A stretch of DNA of 64,000 nt from Antedon mediterranea (lineage: Eukaryota; Animalia; Echinodermata): positions 27,463,648 to 27,527,647 of the forward strand of contig NC_092673.1 of the NCBI RefSeq assembly GCF_964355755.1. The letters are read 5' to 3'. Below, piece by piece: positions 48,038-63,000 of this stretch. Below the pieces are notes generated by a model that made no database searches, was not told the origin of the DNA, and saw only the letters and a program-made list of their open reading frames with translations. Made by a program: the position numbers and the translations under genes. Numbering within the stretch: position 1 is the first letter of the stretch; every line of letters starts with the position of its first letter.

Positions 48038-51000
48038 ATGGCACTTCTACAATTAATTTTTTGTGGATCATATTTATTAACACTGTGTGGCGGTCAAGAT
48101 ACGGGTACATGCGTGGAACGTGCTTGTTACCCCGTATTTCGTGACCTTATTGACACCATTGCAAACAGGACGCTATTTGCCACTTCCACGTGTGGAACAC
48201 CAGAAAACGAGTTTGAACTGCGCACTTTGGGCGCTAATGAGTATACGTACGATCTCATGATTTGTAATTCTACCATCGAGGAATTCGCTCATCCTATCGA
48301 ACTTCTCCGAGATTTTACTCTTCAAACTGTTCTGGATCAAACGTTTGATGCACCGGATCTGAGTACGTGGTGGCAGTCTGAGAACGAAGTTACGTCCATC
48401 CAGCTTACGTTGTCTTTGTTTAATGATCTGCTATTTCAAGGAATGACAATCGCTTTTAGGAGTCCGAGGCCGCTTTATATGTTCATAGAAAAAAGCCATG
48501 ATAGAGGTTCGACCTTTGAACCTATGCGTTACTTTGCCGATAATTGCCAGTCACGATTTCCCTCAGTACAAGTTGCGTCGTCGCATTCTTACTCTGGATA
48601 TGAAGTTGTGTGCATGGAGACGTATTACTTTGGTGATCAGGAAACATTCATTAATGATGACGATGAACAACAGGTAACAATAGCAACATTACCATTTTAG
48701 CCCCAGAGGTCCTGGAAATAAAATTTGGGAAAAGTTAGGAGGATTATATGCTAAACTTAACCTAATGTCCTATCGTTTGCATTGAAATTTCCAAAATTTA
48801 GGCTCCCGTTTGTTTTGCCTAGTTATAATACTTCAATTGCATTATAATGGATTTATCAAAGTCTTTTGTCACTAAATTTAGCCTAAATTAGAGGGTGGAA
48901 TATAGTAGATTAGACTTGGTCATAACACAACAGTACTTACCTAGAATCAGACATCTTCCTCACTCTTTATAATGATGCATGTTTAGTAATTGTCGTAGAT
49001 GCTGGTTGAGAAAAGAGTGTGTTACTAATGTGGTCAGTGCATGGTAATATTGGGCTTGGCCCATCTCATCTGACCAATAAGGATTAAGAGAATTAATGTG
49101 GTTTTCTGTTAGAGTCATTAACATTCTTAAAATCCATTAGCTAGAAAAGTGAAGGTAACAGGAAGGTAACCTGTCAATGTGAGGTTAAATAAAGAGATAT
49201 ATAGAGGATGTATAAATAATCAAATTAAAAGTAAATGTTGAATTGTTTAAAAGCTATGTGGTAGGTCTGCTACACATGTTATAATACCTGAGCTTCAACA
49301 CTTTTTAAACAATTTAAATTTGTTACATTAGGCGCAGGAGCCCCGGATAGCGTTACGTTTGAAAACCCCAAAAAGTGAGGTTTTCAACCATTAGCGGCAT
49401 GACTGATGTGAGTGATTAATGTGTTTTACGGACGGTTTCAAGGACTATCCTACCAGTGGGCTGTTCACTGGTCAAATGATTGACACTTTGTATCACCGTT
49501 TGTAACTGGAGCTGTGACGACCTTTGTAACTGGAGCTGTGACGACCTTGCAAGAATACTAGGCCAGAATTTTTAATTGAAAAGTGCCTTGGTATTAACAA
49601 TAACATGGAGATGGAAACAAATTTGTCTATCTTTCTTTCTAAAATAAATGGTCACTATAGTTTCAAACTAGGCTTAGTCCAATCGAAACCTAAATTAAAA
49701 TTGTTGGTATTCTTTGGCCGTTGTTTGATTAATTACATCTTCATGCCATGTTTTTTTTTCTCTAATGATTTGGCGATACGCTCCTATATTAATTAGGCCT
49801 ACTAGCAGAGGGTTCGATGAGTTTTGAAAAGTTATGGAAATGTGGTCTAACATATAGCAATTCAGTTTTTTAAGGCCCTTCTTCCTTGTCCGAGCCTTTG
49901 GAAATATTAAAAAGTTATATTAATATAATATATTCTGTGTTTTCATGTTTTGAGAAATTGTATATCATTTCAGATGTTTCGCGCTGCGCTTTTATTTGTT
50001 TCGCGCTTCGTCTTGTTCGAGCTTCCTCCGTACATACCGATAATTATATGATTTTTTATTTCATTTTTTGTACATTATTAACAAATAGCATACAGAACCC
50101 CATACAGAACATACCCTTCTCTGAGAAAACACTTGTGGGCGATTCCCCGAATACGACATGATGGAATAGCTTTGGAGACTTTGACTTTGGAGTAGGCCTA
50201 AATCGAAACGTCAAGCAACTCAACAGTTCTTTTCAGAACTAATATAGGCCTACGTGGTGTACCGCAAATTTATATCAACAAATATGTAACTTGTTTAGCA
50301 CGTTTAAAATGGATAGCAAAACATATTAAAAAAAAAAACCTGAATTATTTCAAACAGACAGCACATTAGTTCAAACGGATAGCACAATAGATAGTTCAAT
50401 CAAATGGATATAACTATGATATAACTGTACTGTGCATTCTATACGGATTATCGGGTAGCACATTCTTTCAAATGAATAGCACATTCTTTCAAATGGATAG
50501 CACATTCTTTCAAATGGATAGCACATTAGGTAGCACAATCAAATGGATATAGTACTGTACTGTACATTATTCTATGATTATCGGGTAGCACATTCTTTCA
50601 AATGGATAGCACATTAGGCCTATTTCAAATGGATAGCACATTCTTTCAAATGGATAGCACATTATTTCAAAATGGATAGCACATTATTTCAAATGGATAG
50701 CACATTGGGTAGCACAATCAAATAGATATAGTACTGTACATTATTCTATAAGGATTATCGGGTAGCACATTATTTCAAATGGATAGCACATTAGGTAGCA
50801 CAGTCAAATGGATATAGTAGGCCTACTGTACATTGTTCTATACGGATTATCGGGTAGCACATTCTTTCAAATGGATAGAAAATAATTTCAAATGGATAGC
50901 ACATTCTTTCAAATGGATAGCACATTATTTCAAATGGATAGCACATTATTTCAAATGGATAGCACATTAGGTAGCACATTCAAATGGATGTAATTGTACT

Positions 51001-54000
51001 GTACATTATTCTATAAGGATTATCGGGTAGCACATTACTTCAAATGGATAGCACATTAGGTAGCACAATCAAATGGATATAATTGTACTGTACATTATTC
51101 TATAGCCTACGGATTATCGGGTAGCACATTCTTTCAAATGGATAGCACATTAGGTAGCACAGCCAAATGGATATAGTACTGTACATTATTCTATAAGGAT
51201 TATCGGGTAGCACATTCTTTCAAATGGATAGCACATTAGGTAGCACAATCAAATGGATATAGTACTGTACATTATTTTATACGGATTATCGGGTAGCACA
51301 TTCTTTCAAATGGATAGCACATTCTTTCAAATGGATAGCACATTAGGTAGCACAATCAAATGGATATAATTGTACTGTACATTATTCTATACGGATTATC
51401 GGGTAGCACATTCTTTCAAATGGATAGCAAATTATTTCAAATGGATAGCAGAGCATGGATTTGGGTAGAGCACAATCAAATTGAGCACATTGGGTAACAC
51501 ATTGCATCAAATGGGAGCCTACTGTACAGTTATTCTATTGAATTGAATTGAAATAAATATTTATACTGGGTAACCTCTTCAGTCAAAGACTGGTCTCCCA
51601 GAGGGCCCAGTTGGTGATCAGTGGCTGTGATGTACTAATACACCCGGGGTAACCCTCCACTCGTCTCGAAAGATGTACTAGGTTCTTTAAAGTACACACG
51701 AGCTAGATGTGTATTCTATTATCGGGTGTAGCACATTAAAATTGAGATAAGATGGACATCATAATTTATTATTAAGAGGAAAAACAGCAAATCTTTACTG
51801 AGGGGACACTCCTATAAAGCGGACATTAAGGGGACGGGGAACATTTAAGCTCAGTGCCAATGTTCACTCAATATATTTTCCATCACAAAATAACAAAAAA
51901 GACGAAATATTTATATCCATTTATCGTTATTAAATAAAAATGGATATCATGATAATTATGATACTTTGTTTGTCTTGAAAGTTTTCATTGGTGAAACGTT
52001 GCCTGCTACATTTTGAATTTCCGAGTCCAGATCAGTATTGGTATTGGTTTTCCGTGATCTATTCTAACTAATGAAACAATTTTTAGAAAATGATATATCT
52101 GATAGATATCATCTAAGTGATGTTTTACATAAGTTATAACGTTTAACTTTTCATTCTCCATACATTCAATTCTTTTAATATAGTTCTTGTATAACACCAT
52201 ATCAAGTAGTAGTAGAAATTATTGTAGGTTTTCTTATTATTCAGTCAATTCAGTGTTTCTATACAGAAAAGAGTAGTCAGTGGCCTTAACATCAATTAAT
52301 TGTATAATTTGCACCCAAGGTCGAATAGCAAGAAACTCAGGTCCAGTTACATTGGTGTTCATTGGTCAATAGGAAATGAACAGCACACTTATGGGTGGTG
52401 ACAAAGTTTAGTTATTGATAAGTTGTCCTTGGGAAAAACACATTAGTTGGGTTGACCATGGGCTGACAGAGTTAACGACTTCGTAACGCTATCCGGGGCT
52501 CCTGCGCCTAATGATCTGTTCTGAGTGGCTTAATTAACATTTCTTTATTTCAGGTAATTTACAACCCAGCACAAGAAATTGGGCCAGATTTTGCAATGTA
52601 TGAGATACAGCAATATTTCATTTTATCTGACATTCGAATAACGCTAGGTGAAGCTGGAGATACAGGGCATCCGTTGCGTAATTACTTTGCCATTGCTGAT
52701 TGGGATGTACAGGGCCAGTGTGCTTGCTATGGACACGCGGAGCAATGTGTAGGCATTGTAAGTAATTCCGAAAATTCACTTTGCGACCACCGATGACCTA
52801 ATCACAGTACGTCATGTTAATCCGTTGTGTGGTATGCACGAAAGTGCTCACTCTATGCATTTGACACAGTTTTGGTGGTTTCTAGATTCTGACTACACAT
52901 CAATTGACATGACCTTGTTTCTTGGTCATTGGCTGCCATAAACTGAAAGCTTCCAAATGATAACATACAGTAATTAATACATATTTATAAAAGTATCGAT
53001 TTTGAGCTAAAACCTTGTATTTGTGTTCCAAAATTGTCATCTACTGTCCGGGATAATTTGTCATGAATTACTTAACTGAAATTAATTCTCTTATACTTTA
53101 AATTTACTAAACCTAAACAAGATTGATCTTTTCATTCTCCAAACTCATACAAGTATATTGTTTTATTATTTAACAATTTGTGTGATGTGTTATTCCCCAG
53201 GATGAAGCTGACTGTGTTTGCCAGCACAACACAATGGGTAAAAACTGTGAAGAATGCATGCCGTTGTTTCAAAACAGACCATGGCAGGCTGCAATGGGAA
53301 GCAATGCTAACGAATGTGAAGGTATCACTCATCCATTCAATTTTTATTTCTCCCATTAATTTGTACAGTAATTCTTCATTTTTTAGTTATACCAAGTGAT
53401 CTAATAAAATGCTTTATTCATATATATAATTCGATTAAGTACAGATATGGTAATACCTAGTTAAATAGTGTAAAAATAACATAATTATATCAGGCAATTG
53501 TGACATAGATCTGAAATTGTTTATGCTCTAGCAGTTACAAACTTAAAGCTGATCATCATGTCTATATATGGGCACATCACATTTTTTATCACATACATTT
53601 TGATAGTGTGGACAGAGCTTTAGAAAAATTATTTTATGAACCTTAACAAAATTTGATTTAGGAGAGATTTTTTTAAAGACAGTTTACAGTAAACTGAACT
53701 ATTTTATATCTCTATTAGATTGTGAATGTAATGGCCGAGCAGAATCATGTGTATTCGACCAAGCGAAACAGTACGGTGTGTGTATTGATTGCACCGAGAA
53801 CACTCTAGGAGACAAGTGCGAGATGTGTATGCCTGACTTCTTTCGCAATCCTTATTTGAACCCCGAGGTGAACACGACATGTATAGGTGAGAATATGTTT
53901 GTAGTTTCTAGTCCATGTATAATGTAATGTTATTTAATATTGTGTAGAGTCTGTCATACAATCAACATAAGCTAGTTCTGACATTTTCAACTAGCTAAGT

Positions 54001-57000
54001 TGCTGGATATCTAGGTTGAATTTCAAACCCTGGTTTTTATATACAAGATATTTTATTTCTAAATAGAGCTATATAATCTAATCTAAATTCCTTGTACTCC
54101 CATTAACAACCAATTAATTTTGTTTTGTGATGTTTTAGTATCTTTTGTGTTCTGTTTTGTCATCTGTGTAGCACAGTTTTTGTTGGCTGATTTGGGGACC
54201 TTAAGCCCTGTCTACACTGTCAAACTTTATGTGACAATAAAATGTGATGTGCCCATAATATATGGACATGATGATGTCATATCACTACTATAATTTGACC
54301 ATGTCACTACCATATTTGGGCACATCAAACTATTTTTTTCAAACTAGTTTGATAGTGTACACAGAGTTTAAAAAACATTACACTAGCTAAACTTACCTGT
54401 TTATATATATTTTTTCTGTGTTAATGAATATGTTGTTTGAAATCCCTAAATACCATTTTAGAGGCTGAATCTTTATATGGATGTGTTGATTATTGCACTC
54501 GTAAGTAAATGTGTTTAGATATACTGTTTGCCTGCATTTTGTTTTGTTTTTTTGTGGTTTTATGTCATTTCTTAATCATGAATGCGCTGTACACAGCATT
54601 TATTTGTCCAATTTGTATTAGAAAGTGTATTCAATACTTCTCAACAATATACTTTTGCTATCTTTAAATTATCAGTAGTTTATTGAACGTCCTTTTAAGT
54701 CAAGAATAAGATATGCTAAGAACAGCACATGTTCATTAATCTATTATTATCCTCTTCAGTCAAAGACTGGTCTCCCAGAGGGCCCAGTCATGATCAGTAG
54801 CTGTACTAGTACACCGGGGTAATCCCTTTCTTGTCTCAGAGATAGGTTCTTTACAGTGCACATGAGCAAGATATTTACACTGGACCTATGGTTTATAGTT
54901 CTTATCTGAGAAGACTTGTTCTACCACCATAATCATGGTTTGAGTGAGCCTCGAACTCTTGCCGATGTTTATACCTGTCCACTATACCAGCCTATACCAA
55001 AATAGATCATTTTGCATGAAATTTACTCCAGATATACAGTAGCCCCGGGTGAGGCCTTATGCCCAATTTCAGAACAGATTCAGACAATTGCATTATTTTC
55101 TGCCTATAAAAATTCCACTGCATGTTTCACCGTAATTTTAAAACATTTTTTTACTTCTTCACTTTGTAAATTTATCTTTTTAAACCACCATTTCACAATT
55201 TTAGAGGGTATGTCTGACCCCTTTGGATGCATAGTGTACTGCCATGGTAGGTATAATATAAGTAACATCTTTACATGGGTTTGACAATTTATTTTCTAAT
55301 AAATAAATAAATACTTTTTACTGGTTTTAGGGCTCGGACGGTAAACATTAGTAGATTTTACAAAATATGATAAGATATTTATTGTCTTGTTTTTATGACA
55401 ATTTTATTTTCATATTTAAAGGGACATTATTTATTATAACATAAACTGTATTTTTATTTATTATTTTTTTAACATTGTTAATTTTTTTTTTAAATGCATG
55501 ATGCTTCTCTTTCTTTTTTTTCTCATTTTTTTTGCATGATACTATAAAACCTATAAAATTTGAAGAAAAACAAATTTGATATTTACAAAGGTGGTGGTTC
55601 AAATATATGTTTTTTAAAGAGTATTATAGTATTTAAATGTTAGCACAATAAACTCTTCCAATACCTGATTCTCTTAAAACTGGAAACTCTCCAAAACCAG
55701 ACATTTCTTAAGGTACAGCACGAAAAGTCCCAAATTCATTAAAAGTATATTCGGAATACCAGACTTTTCTGAAAACCAGACATATTGTATTGGGAGAGTT
55801 GATGTATTACAATATTATTATTAGGCCAAAAAACTTGATGAAAGTAAATTACGTGGGTTTTAACAAAACTTTCACTTCCACATGCAGTTTATGGTTTGTT
55901 AAACATTTAGATTATATAAAAATGTTGCCACAGTTAGACCAAACACTTTCTGTTAAACTTTCTGTCATTTATGAATTTTTTAAATAAGTAATACCATAGA
56001 GATATTCACTATAATATCTCTATGGTAATACCATATTACATGCCTTCCAATTGTGCACATGCGCCAGGTATAGGTATGGATTGATGGATTAACATCCAAT
56101 TGGAAGGCATGGGATATGGTATTAAAACATTTTTTTTTATTTCAACAATATTTTACTAGGGTGGTCTATCCAGCTGAAGCTGATCATTAGGGACCTTCGC
56201 AAAAATACATCACGACAAGACATAAACATGTAACAATAAAAATTAAATTAAAATAAATATAATTTATAAAGATAAAAGAATGCACAAACAATTTTGATGA
56301 CTGGGTACATAATACAGGAACAAGATGTGCCTCTCTCTTTGTTCCAATCTTTTCCTGGTTCTTCAAGATTATTATTAAAGATATATTTTATTTTTCCCTC
56401 TCCATAGCATGCAACTGTACAATGATCGGCACGGTTACAAACACGATTTGTCAGGAGTTTGACGGACAGTGCATGTGTAAAGCAAACGTTGAGGGGCGAC
56501 AGTGTGACGAGTGTATGGATGGATTCTGGGATTATTCCATTAATCACGCTTTTGGTTGCATAGGTATGGACAATTGTCTTTTATTCATAGTGACTCAAAG
56601 GCTCTGTTTACACTATCAAACTAGTTGACAAAAAATGTTGGAAGAATTTCATCTGGTTGTGGAATAGGTATTACATAAAATTTCAACCAAAAATAGTATA
56701 AGCAAACTTACAGTACGTTTTGAAACCTATCAGGTTTCATTCTCAACTGGCGTTTCATCGTCTAGCGTTGTTAATCCCATAACGACGATGAGTTGGTATA
56801 GCGCAAAAATGTGATGTGTCCATATATGGAAATGATGGTGTCACATCACTACCATATTTGGGCATAGCACTGCCATATTTTGCCATATCACTGCCATATT
56901 TAGGCACATCAAAATTGACAGTCACACTTCTACAGTTGCTGTTTGACAAAAAAAAACAAGATGATATCTTATTATCATGATTTATATTAGATTTATTCAT

Positions 57001-60000
57001 ACAAAATTATTCATACCTGTGTCGTGGTATTAAAAAACTTTATTTTTTAAAATTATTATTTTTATTACTTAGTAAGCTTTTATAGGGTGCCCTACCAAGA
57101 ACAGAGCGCTTAAAAATACTTACTACTGAATGAAAAGTAATAAATAGTGATGATGATAAATAGAGGTGCCAAGGTCGGTTCTATAATTAGTAATATTTCT
57201 AAATTCTAAATTCCACCTGCATCTGACAAGTAGGATTAGACTGGATCAGAATCTAAACATTCTTTGTTACTGTAGTTTACATTTTCTTTAAAACAGCTTG
57301 CAATTGTGATTCTCGTGGTAAAATTGAAGAAGATGATTTTTGCGATAAGACAACCAGTATATGCTACTGTAAGAAAAACGTTGAGGGTGATACATGTGAT
57401 ACTTGTAAGGTAAATAGAAATTAGTAATAATTATTATATACCTAGTCTCCAGATCACCTATCAGCTATATTAACCATGTCCCTCAGCCCAGTAAATATTT
57501 TTATCTCTTAGTGTACGTAAATTCTGTAATCTGATTGGTCAATATGTATGAGAAGGTAATATATCCTGTATTACCTGTTTGATGTTTCTACGCGCGCGCG
57601 TTGTTTATGTATTGTATTGTATTTTTATTGTTGAGCGCATAGTTGTGACATTGATGTTGTTTGGAACAGTTGTTTGTATATGGAAGCTTAGACCAAGGTT
57701 AATTAAATTTATGACACAAGATACTGTATATATTTGTTTTTTCTTTGTATCTTGTCCAATTGCTTATATGTGTACACTAAGAGATAAAATCGTTACACCC
57801 TGCTTGTTCACAGAATATGGGAAATATCTACGTTCTGGTTCCATATTCCACTTCGGCCTCATGGAATGTGGAACCAGAACGTAGATATTTCCCGTATTCC
57901 GTAAACTAGATACTAGTAGTATCACATATTTCTAAACTACTTTATAATAGTAACATTAACATATTGTTAAACTACATTTCCATTTAAGGTTGGAAGTTAC
58001 AGCCTAGCAGCTTTCAATGTAGATGGTTGTCTTTTATGTGATTGTGATGTCGGCGGCTCAACCACGTATGACTGCCCAGACCCTCTAGGCCAGTGTGTCT
58101 GTAGGCCTCGTTTGGTTGGTAGAACCTGCAATGAGGCCCAGACTGGATACTATGTTCCCAAATTGGATTCAATAATGGTAGAAGGAGAACTGCCAACTTC
58201 AATTAGTACAGGGGTAAATGTCTTTAAGTCTTTAATGATCTTTAATTGTGGCTTAAAGATTAAAGCTCTGCAGTCTACACTATCAAACTAGTCACTATCA
58301 AAAAAAGTGGGCTGTGCCCAAATATGGTACTGATATACCCAAATATGGTATTGATATAACATCATTTTGTCCAAATATGGGCACATCACATTTTTTTGTC
58401 ACATAAAGTTTGATAGTGTAGACAAGGCTTTAGAGGCCTTTTAACAAAATGTGGATGCTAATAGAGTTGAACACCTATTAAGGGGACACCTCCAAGACCC
58501 AACAAAGTGTCCACTAAATGGGCATATAAAAAATAGGGGCTGGTTATGTAAACAGATTGATTTTTGTTCGTTTCAAGGGTAAAGTTTCTCCATAATAGTG
58601 ACTTCCCTTGGAAATTTGCCTAAAATAAGAATAGTGGTGTAAAATTTTACTGTATAGTAATCATATACTTTTTTTTCTTTTAGGAGATTGTGTTGGAGGA
58701 GAGAGCTGGACATGGAGTAGGAGGGTCAGTAACCGGTCAAGGCTTCCTGGTGGTTGGTGAGAATACTGTCATCACCTACATGGGACTAGAAATACCAAAA
58801 ACCATGAACTATGTCATTGTAGTACGCTACGAGGTAAAAAACAAAGTATTCTTGACAAGAAGTAAAGCAGTAGTCTAACTTAGGGAGTGGGATTATATTT
58901 GAGTATGGGATTATACTCATAATTATGGGATTATACTCATAATTATGGTATTAATAATTAATAATAACAGAAACGAACATTATCTTAAGACCGTACTTTT
59001 TATCCAGTAGCATAAGTATTGTTAGATGCTCTGTTCTTGGTAGGGTGCCATATAAGAGCTTATAAATAAAAATATTAAGAGCTTATAAATAAAAATAATA
59101 ATAAAAAAAAAAAATGACACAGGTATGAATAAATTTGTATGGATACACATAATACAAATCATATTAATATATCATCTTGTTTTTTAGTCCAACAGCGATT
59201 GGGGAAGTGTGACCGTCAATTTTGAACAGCTTACACCTGATCCTTACACGTGTGCTGGTACCATTTACGACGGTAGTGTTCTTACGGCTACAAACGACCT
59301 GATGAGTATGGGTGAAGGAGGTTAGTAAAACAAAATTAGCTTTCTCTTAAAAAATGTAATAGAGGCTAAACATTAAAATAAAATTTTTTAAATGCTTCCA
59401 ACAGCGAGTAACTCACCAATTACAGGATGGATAATCTATTTAATAATTTATCGTGCTTATAAACTAAGTCTCATTTGAGGCTTAGGAAGTGGAGTTGAAA
59501 GAATCGTGAGTTACAACCCTGGCACTAGTTCAGTATTGAACCCCAGACCTTGGTATTGGAAGGCAACATGTAAACGGCCAACCTATAGCTCCACTACAAG
59601 CATGAATGTAATGTCAATTTTACCTACAGTAGCACAGATAATTTTAATCAAATTTGTATTTGAAAAGAGAAAAGACGGGTTTAACTTGTTCTGGACACAA
59701 AATAATGTTTAAATAAATAAATTCTGAATAAATAGTTATTTTGTATGAAACAATTGATATATGAAACCGAAAGAGTTACGTCAGGGTAGGTTTACAATTA
59801 GTGAAATGCTTACTCTGAATAATTGACTTACTTATCGAAGAACATTCTTTCTTTCTTTATTTCCATTCACAAAATCATAAACACACATAAATAATCACAG
59901 TACAAAACAAAGAATCTCTGAAGCATAGCTTAAGTAGAAACCCCCTGTTACATACATTCTGTCAACTTTTGACTTTCTCTTATAAATTCCTTTAATATTT

Positions 60001-63000
60001 TTAATTTACCCACTGCATACAGGTTTTACTGAAATGGGAATGCTTTGTCTTCGAGCAGACAGTGTCTATAATGTAACAATAAACATGGCAGCTGGGTCAC
60101 TTGGCTCAGGCTCTCAACTTCTACTAGACTCGGTATGTAAAAACAATTACTTCTTCATTTCCTACAGTGCAAATTGTATACATTTTTCAAAAAGTAACAA
60201 CTTGTTGTTGTAACCAGGTTTGCATAGTGTGAAGATAATTTTCTGGAAATTCTCTCTAGATTTCATCCCTGTGAAATCTCGGAAGAAAAACACACTGATG
60301 AGAGGCCTGTTTTTGTTCCAAATTGTTACTGCGCGTACATGTATTGCCCTGATACTGACCAATCATAGTAATCAAATAGCACGCAACTATGTTTTCTCCT
60401 GTGATATCTTACGGTGCGCATATGCATGTATGAAAAGTGTAATAAATCAGGAGATCAAACCTGGTTACAACTTGTTACAAGGTGTGAAAAGGATATTAGT
60501 CATAATAGTAATAATATTAGAGGTAGCTTTCTTGAATTTTGATGATACATAGATGTGTCAAAACCGTGTCAAGGAATATAGTAAGGAAGCATGTTTCAAC
60601 TTCCTGTTACGTGCATAATAGGTCGTAGGTCATCGCAAAGTGAAAGCTCCCTCTTATCTACATTGCATTTGAACTTACCTTGCTTTATTTCAGATTGTAG
60701 CTCTGCCAGAATTGGAGGAGGTAACCGCCTATACTGCCAATACAACGTCAAATTACACCAAGTTGGGCATGGAGAACTGTTGGAATCACCTATTTGGTGT
60801 AAACGATACCATGAGGGAGTTGTTAAACTGCTCAGACTATGAATTCTCTATCATGGCAGAAGTTTATAATGGAGCAATACGTATGTATTAACAAGGCAAT
60901 CTAACAACAGGACACTGAGCCCGCCTTGCCAAGATAGGAACTCGTAACGGTCCTTTGATCTTATGTCTGGCTGCGACAAATACCAACAGTACTCTACTAT
61001 TCACATATTCTCTGTGCAGTGTCTGTAAAGGGGCATCTGATCATGTCGCAGCCCCAGATAAAACCTTTGATCTCCGGAGCTCAGCATCCTGTTGTTAAAT
61101 TGCCTTGGTGTTAATAACAATATTTTGTCTACAAATTGTATTATATAAAGTTTTACTATTTTTTATTTTAATTACAGATTGTTATTTCTAATCACAACTT
61201 AATGTTCTGTTTTAGTATGCTCGTGCAATTCTTTGGGAACTGTGCGTAACACACGATGCGATAGCCATGGTGGTCAGTGTCAATGTGAAGATGGCGTCAT
61301 CTCGTTGTCATGTGATTACTGTGCGGCACATCACTATGACTACGAGTCTGGCTCAGGATGTACAGGTAATGTTGTAAGCCCAAGTTTTCAAGATGTACTT
61401 GAGCCAGTGTATTGGAATAGCGCCTCCCATAATCACAAGGTCATCATGTATTAACTGGTGGTCAACATGAGTGACCGCTTAAATCAAAAAGTTCTAGTAC
61501 CCGGGGATTTATACAAATCAACTGCTCGATTTTTCCACAAATTGTAGACACAGTGTTCTACCAATAAAGAAATCAATTTTTTAAATTATTCTTTTTCCGA
61601 TCCCAGAAACAGTTCTTATTTAATGTTACCATTTAAGTTATTGTAAATGTGCTTCTTTTATTTCTTGAACTGTTTCTAAATGAATGTTAAATTGAATTCC
61701 GACAATTAAGTGAAAGTACCGAATCATAAGTGATATGCTATGTAAGGTTTATCTCTGGCACCTGACTACAAAAAGTCTAATATTGTACTGTACTTTATCA
61801 ATCCAATTGACAAAATATAGCATCTGATTGCTCTTGTTTTTAAAGGCTAAACCTATAACCTACCACTCATAAATGTTTTCATGTGTAATTTTCTGACACC
61901 ATTTTTAATACCGGTTGGAACCAATTTAAACCAGCAAATCTAACTGGTAAAACTTGCTTCGGGAAAAACACTGGACATGGACAGAACTCCAACCCCTAAT
62001 AGTCAAATCATTAGGAGATTTTAAATATTAGATAATTTGTAATTTCAGCTTGTGAATGCGACCCTAATGGGTCGGTGCGTCTGGCTTGTAACTCTACTGG
62101 AGGATGTGAATGCCATGTGGATGTCATTAATGAGAAGTGTGATTCCTGTCGGTCTGAATATTATGGTTTGTTCGACGGTAAGTTATGAAAGTTAAGAAAG
62201 ACCAACCCATATCAACAAATAAAATGTAGAATTAAACGATATAAAAATAGCCCTTTGCCATACCTAATTAACCTGTTGAATAATAAAGAATAATTACATT
62301 TAGCCAAAGTTGCCGTCATCAACCAATGTGAAATAATAAATAAACAATACAAGTTTTAATACAGATATTTTATTAGACCGTGATTCGTAACAATTTCTCA
62401 TTTTCATATTATGTACTTTATCCAATTCCATTTTAATATAAGATGTTCTTTTTATGTGATAACTTTTTTATATGTGCAATATTTTGTAAAATTATACACA
62501 ATTTAGCCTTTGGCTACAATGTAAATTTTCGTTTTATTGAATAAAACCTTGAATTGAAATATATACATTAACACAGTTAAATTTTCCCCAATTCAGAATT
62601 AGACATGGCTTAAGATTAAAAAGACTTTAAAGACTGTGATATCTTTTTTAGGTGATGGTTGTGTACCCTGCACCTGTAACTTGAACTACGCTTTTGACAA
62701 CAATTGCGCAGACAGTGGCCAGTGCGCATGTAAACCGGGTGTTGGGAATCGGGACTGTGTGGAGTGCTTGCCAGGGTAAGAACCGGGTGTTGGGAATCGG
62801 GACTGTGTGGAGTGCTTGCCAGGGTAAGAACCGGGTGTTGGGAATCGGGACTGTGTGGAGTGCTTGCCAGGGTAAGAACCGGGTGTTGGGAATCGGGACT
62901 GTGTGGAGTGCTTGCCAGGGTAAGAACCGGGTGTTGGGAATCGGGACTGTGTGGAGTGCTTGCCAGGGTAAGAACCGGGTGTTGGGAATCGGGACTGTGT

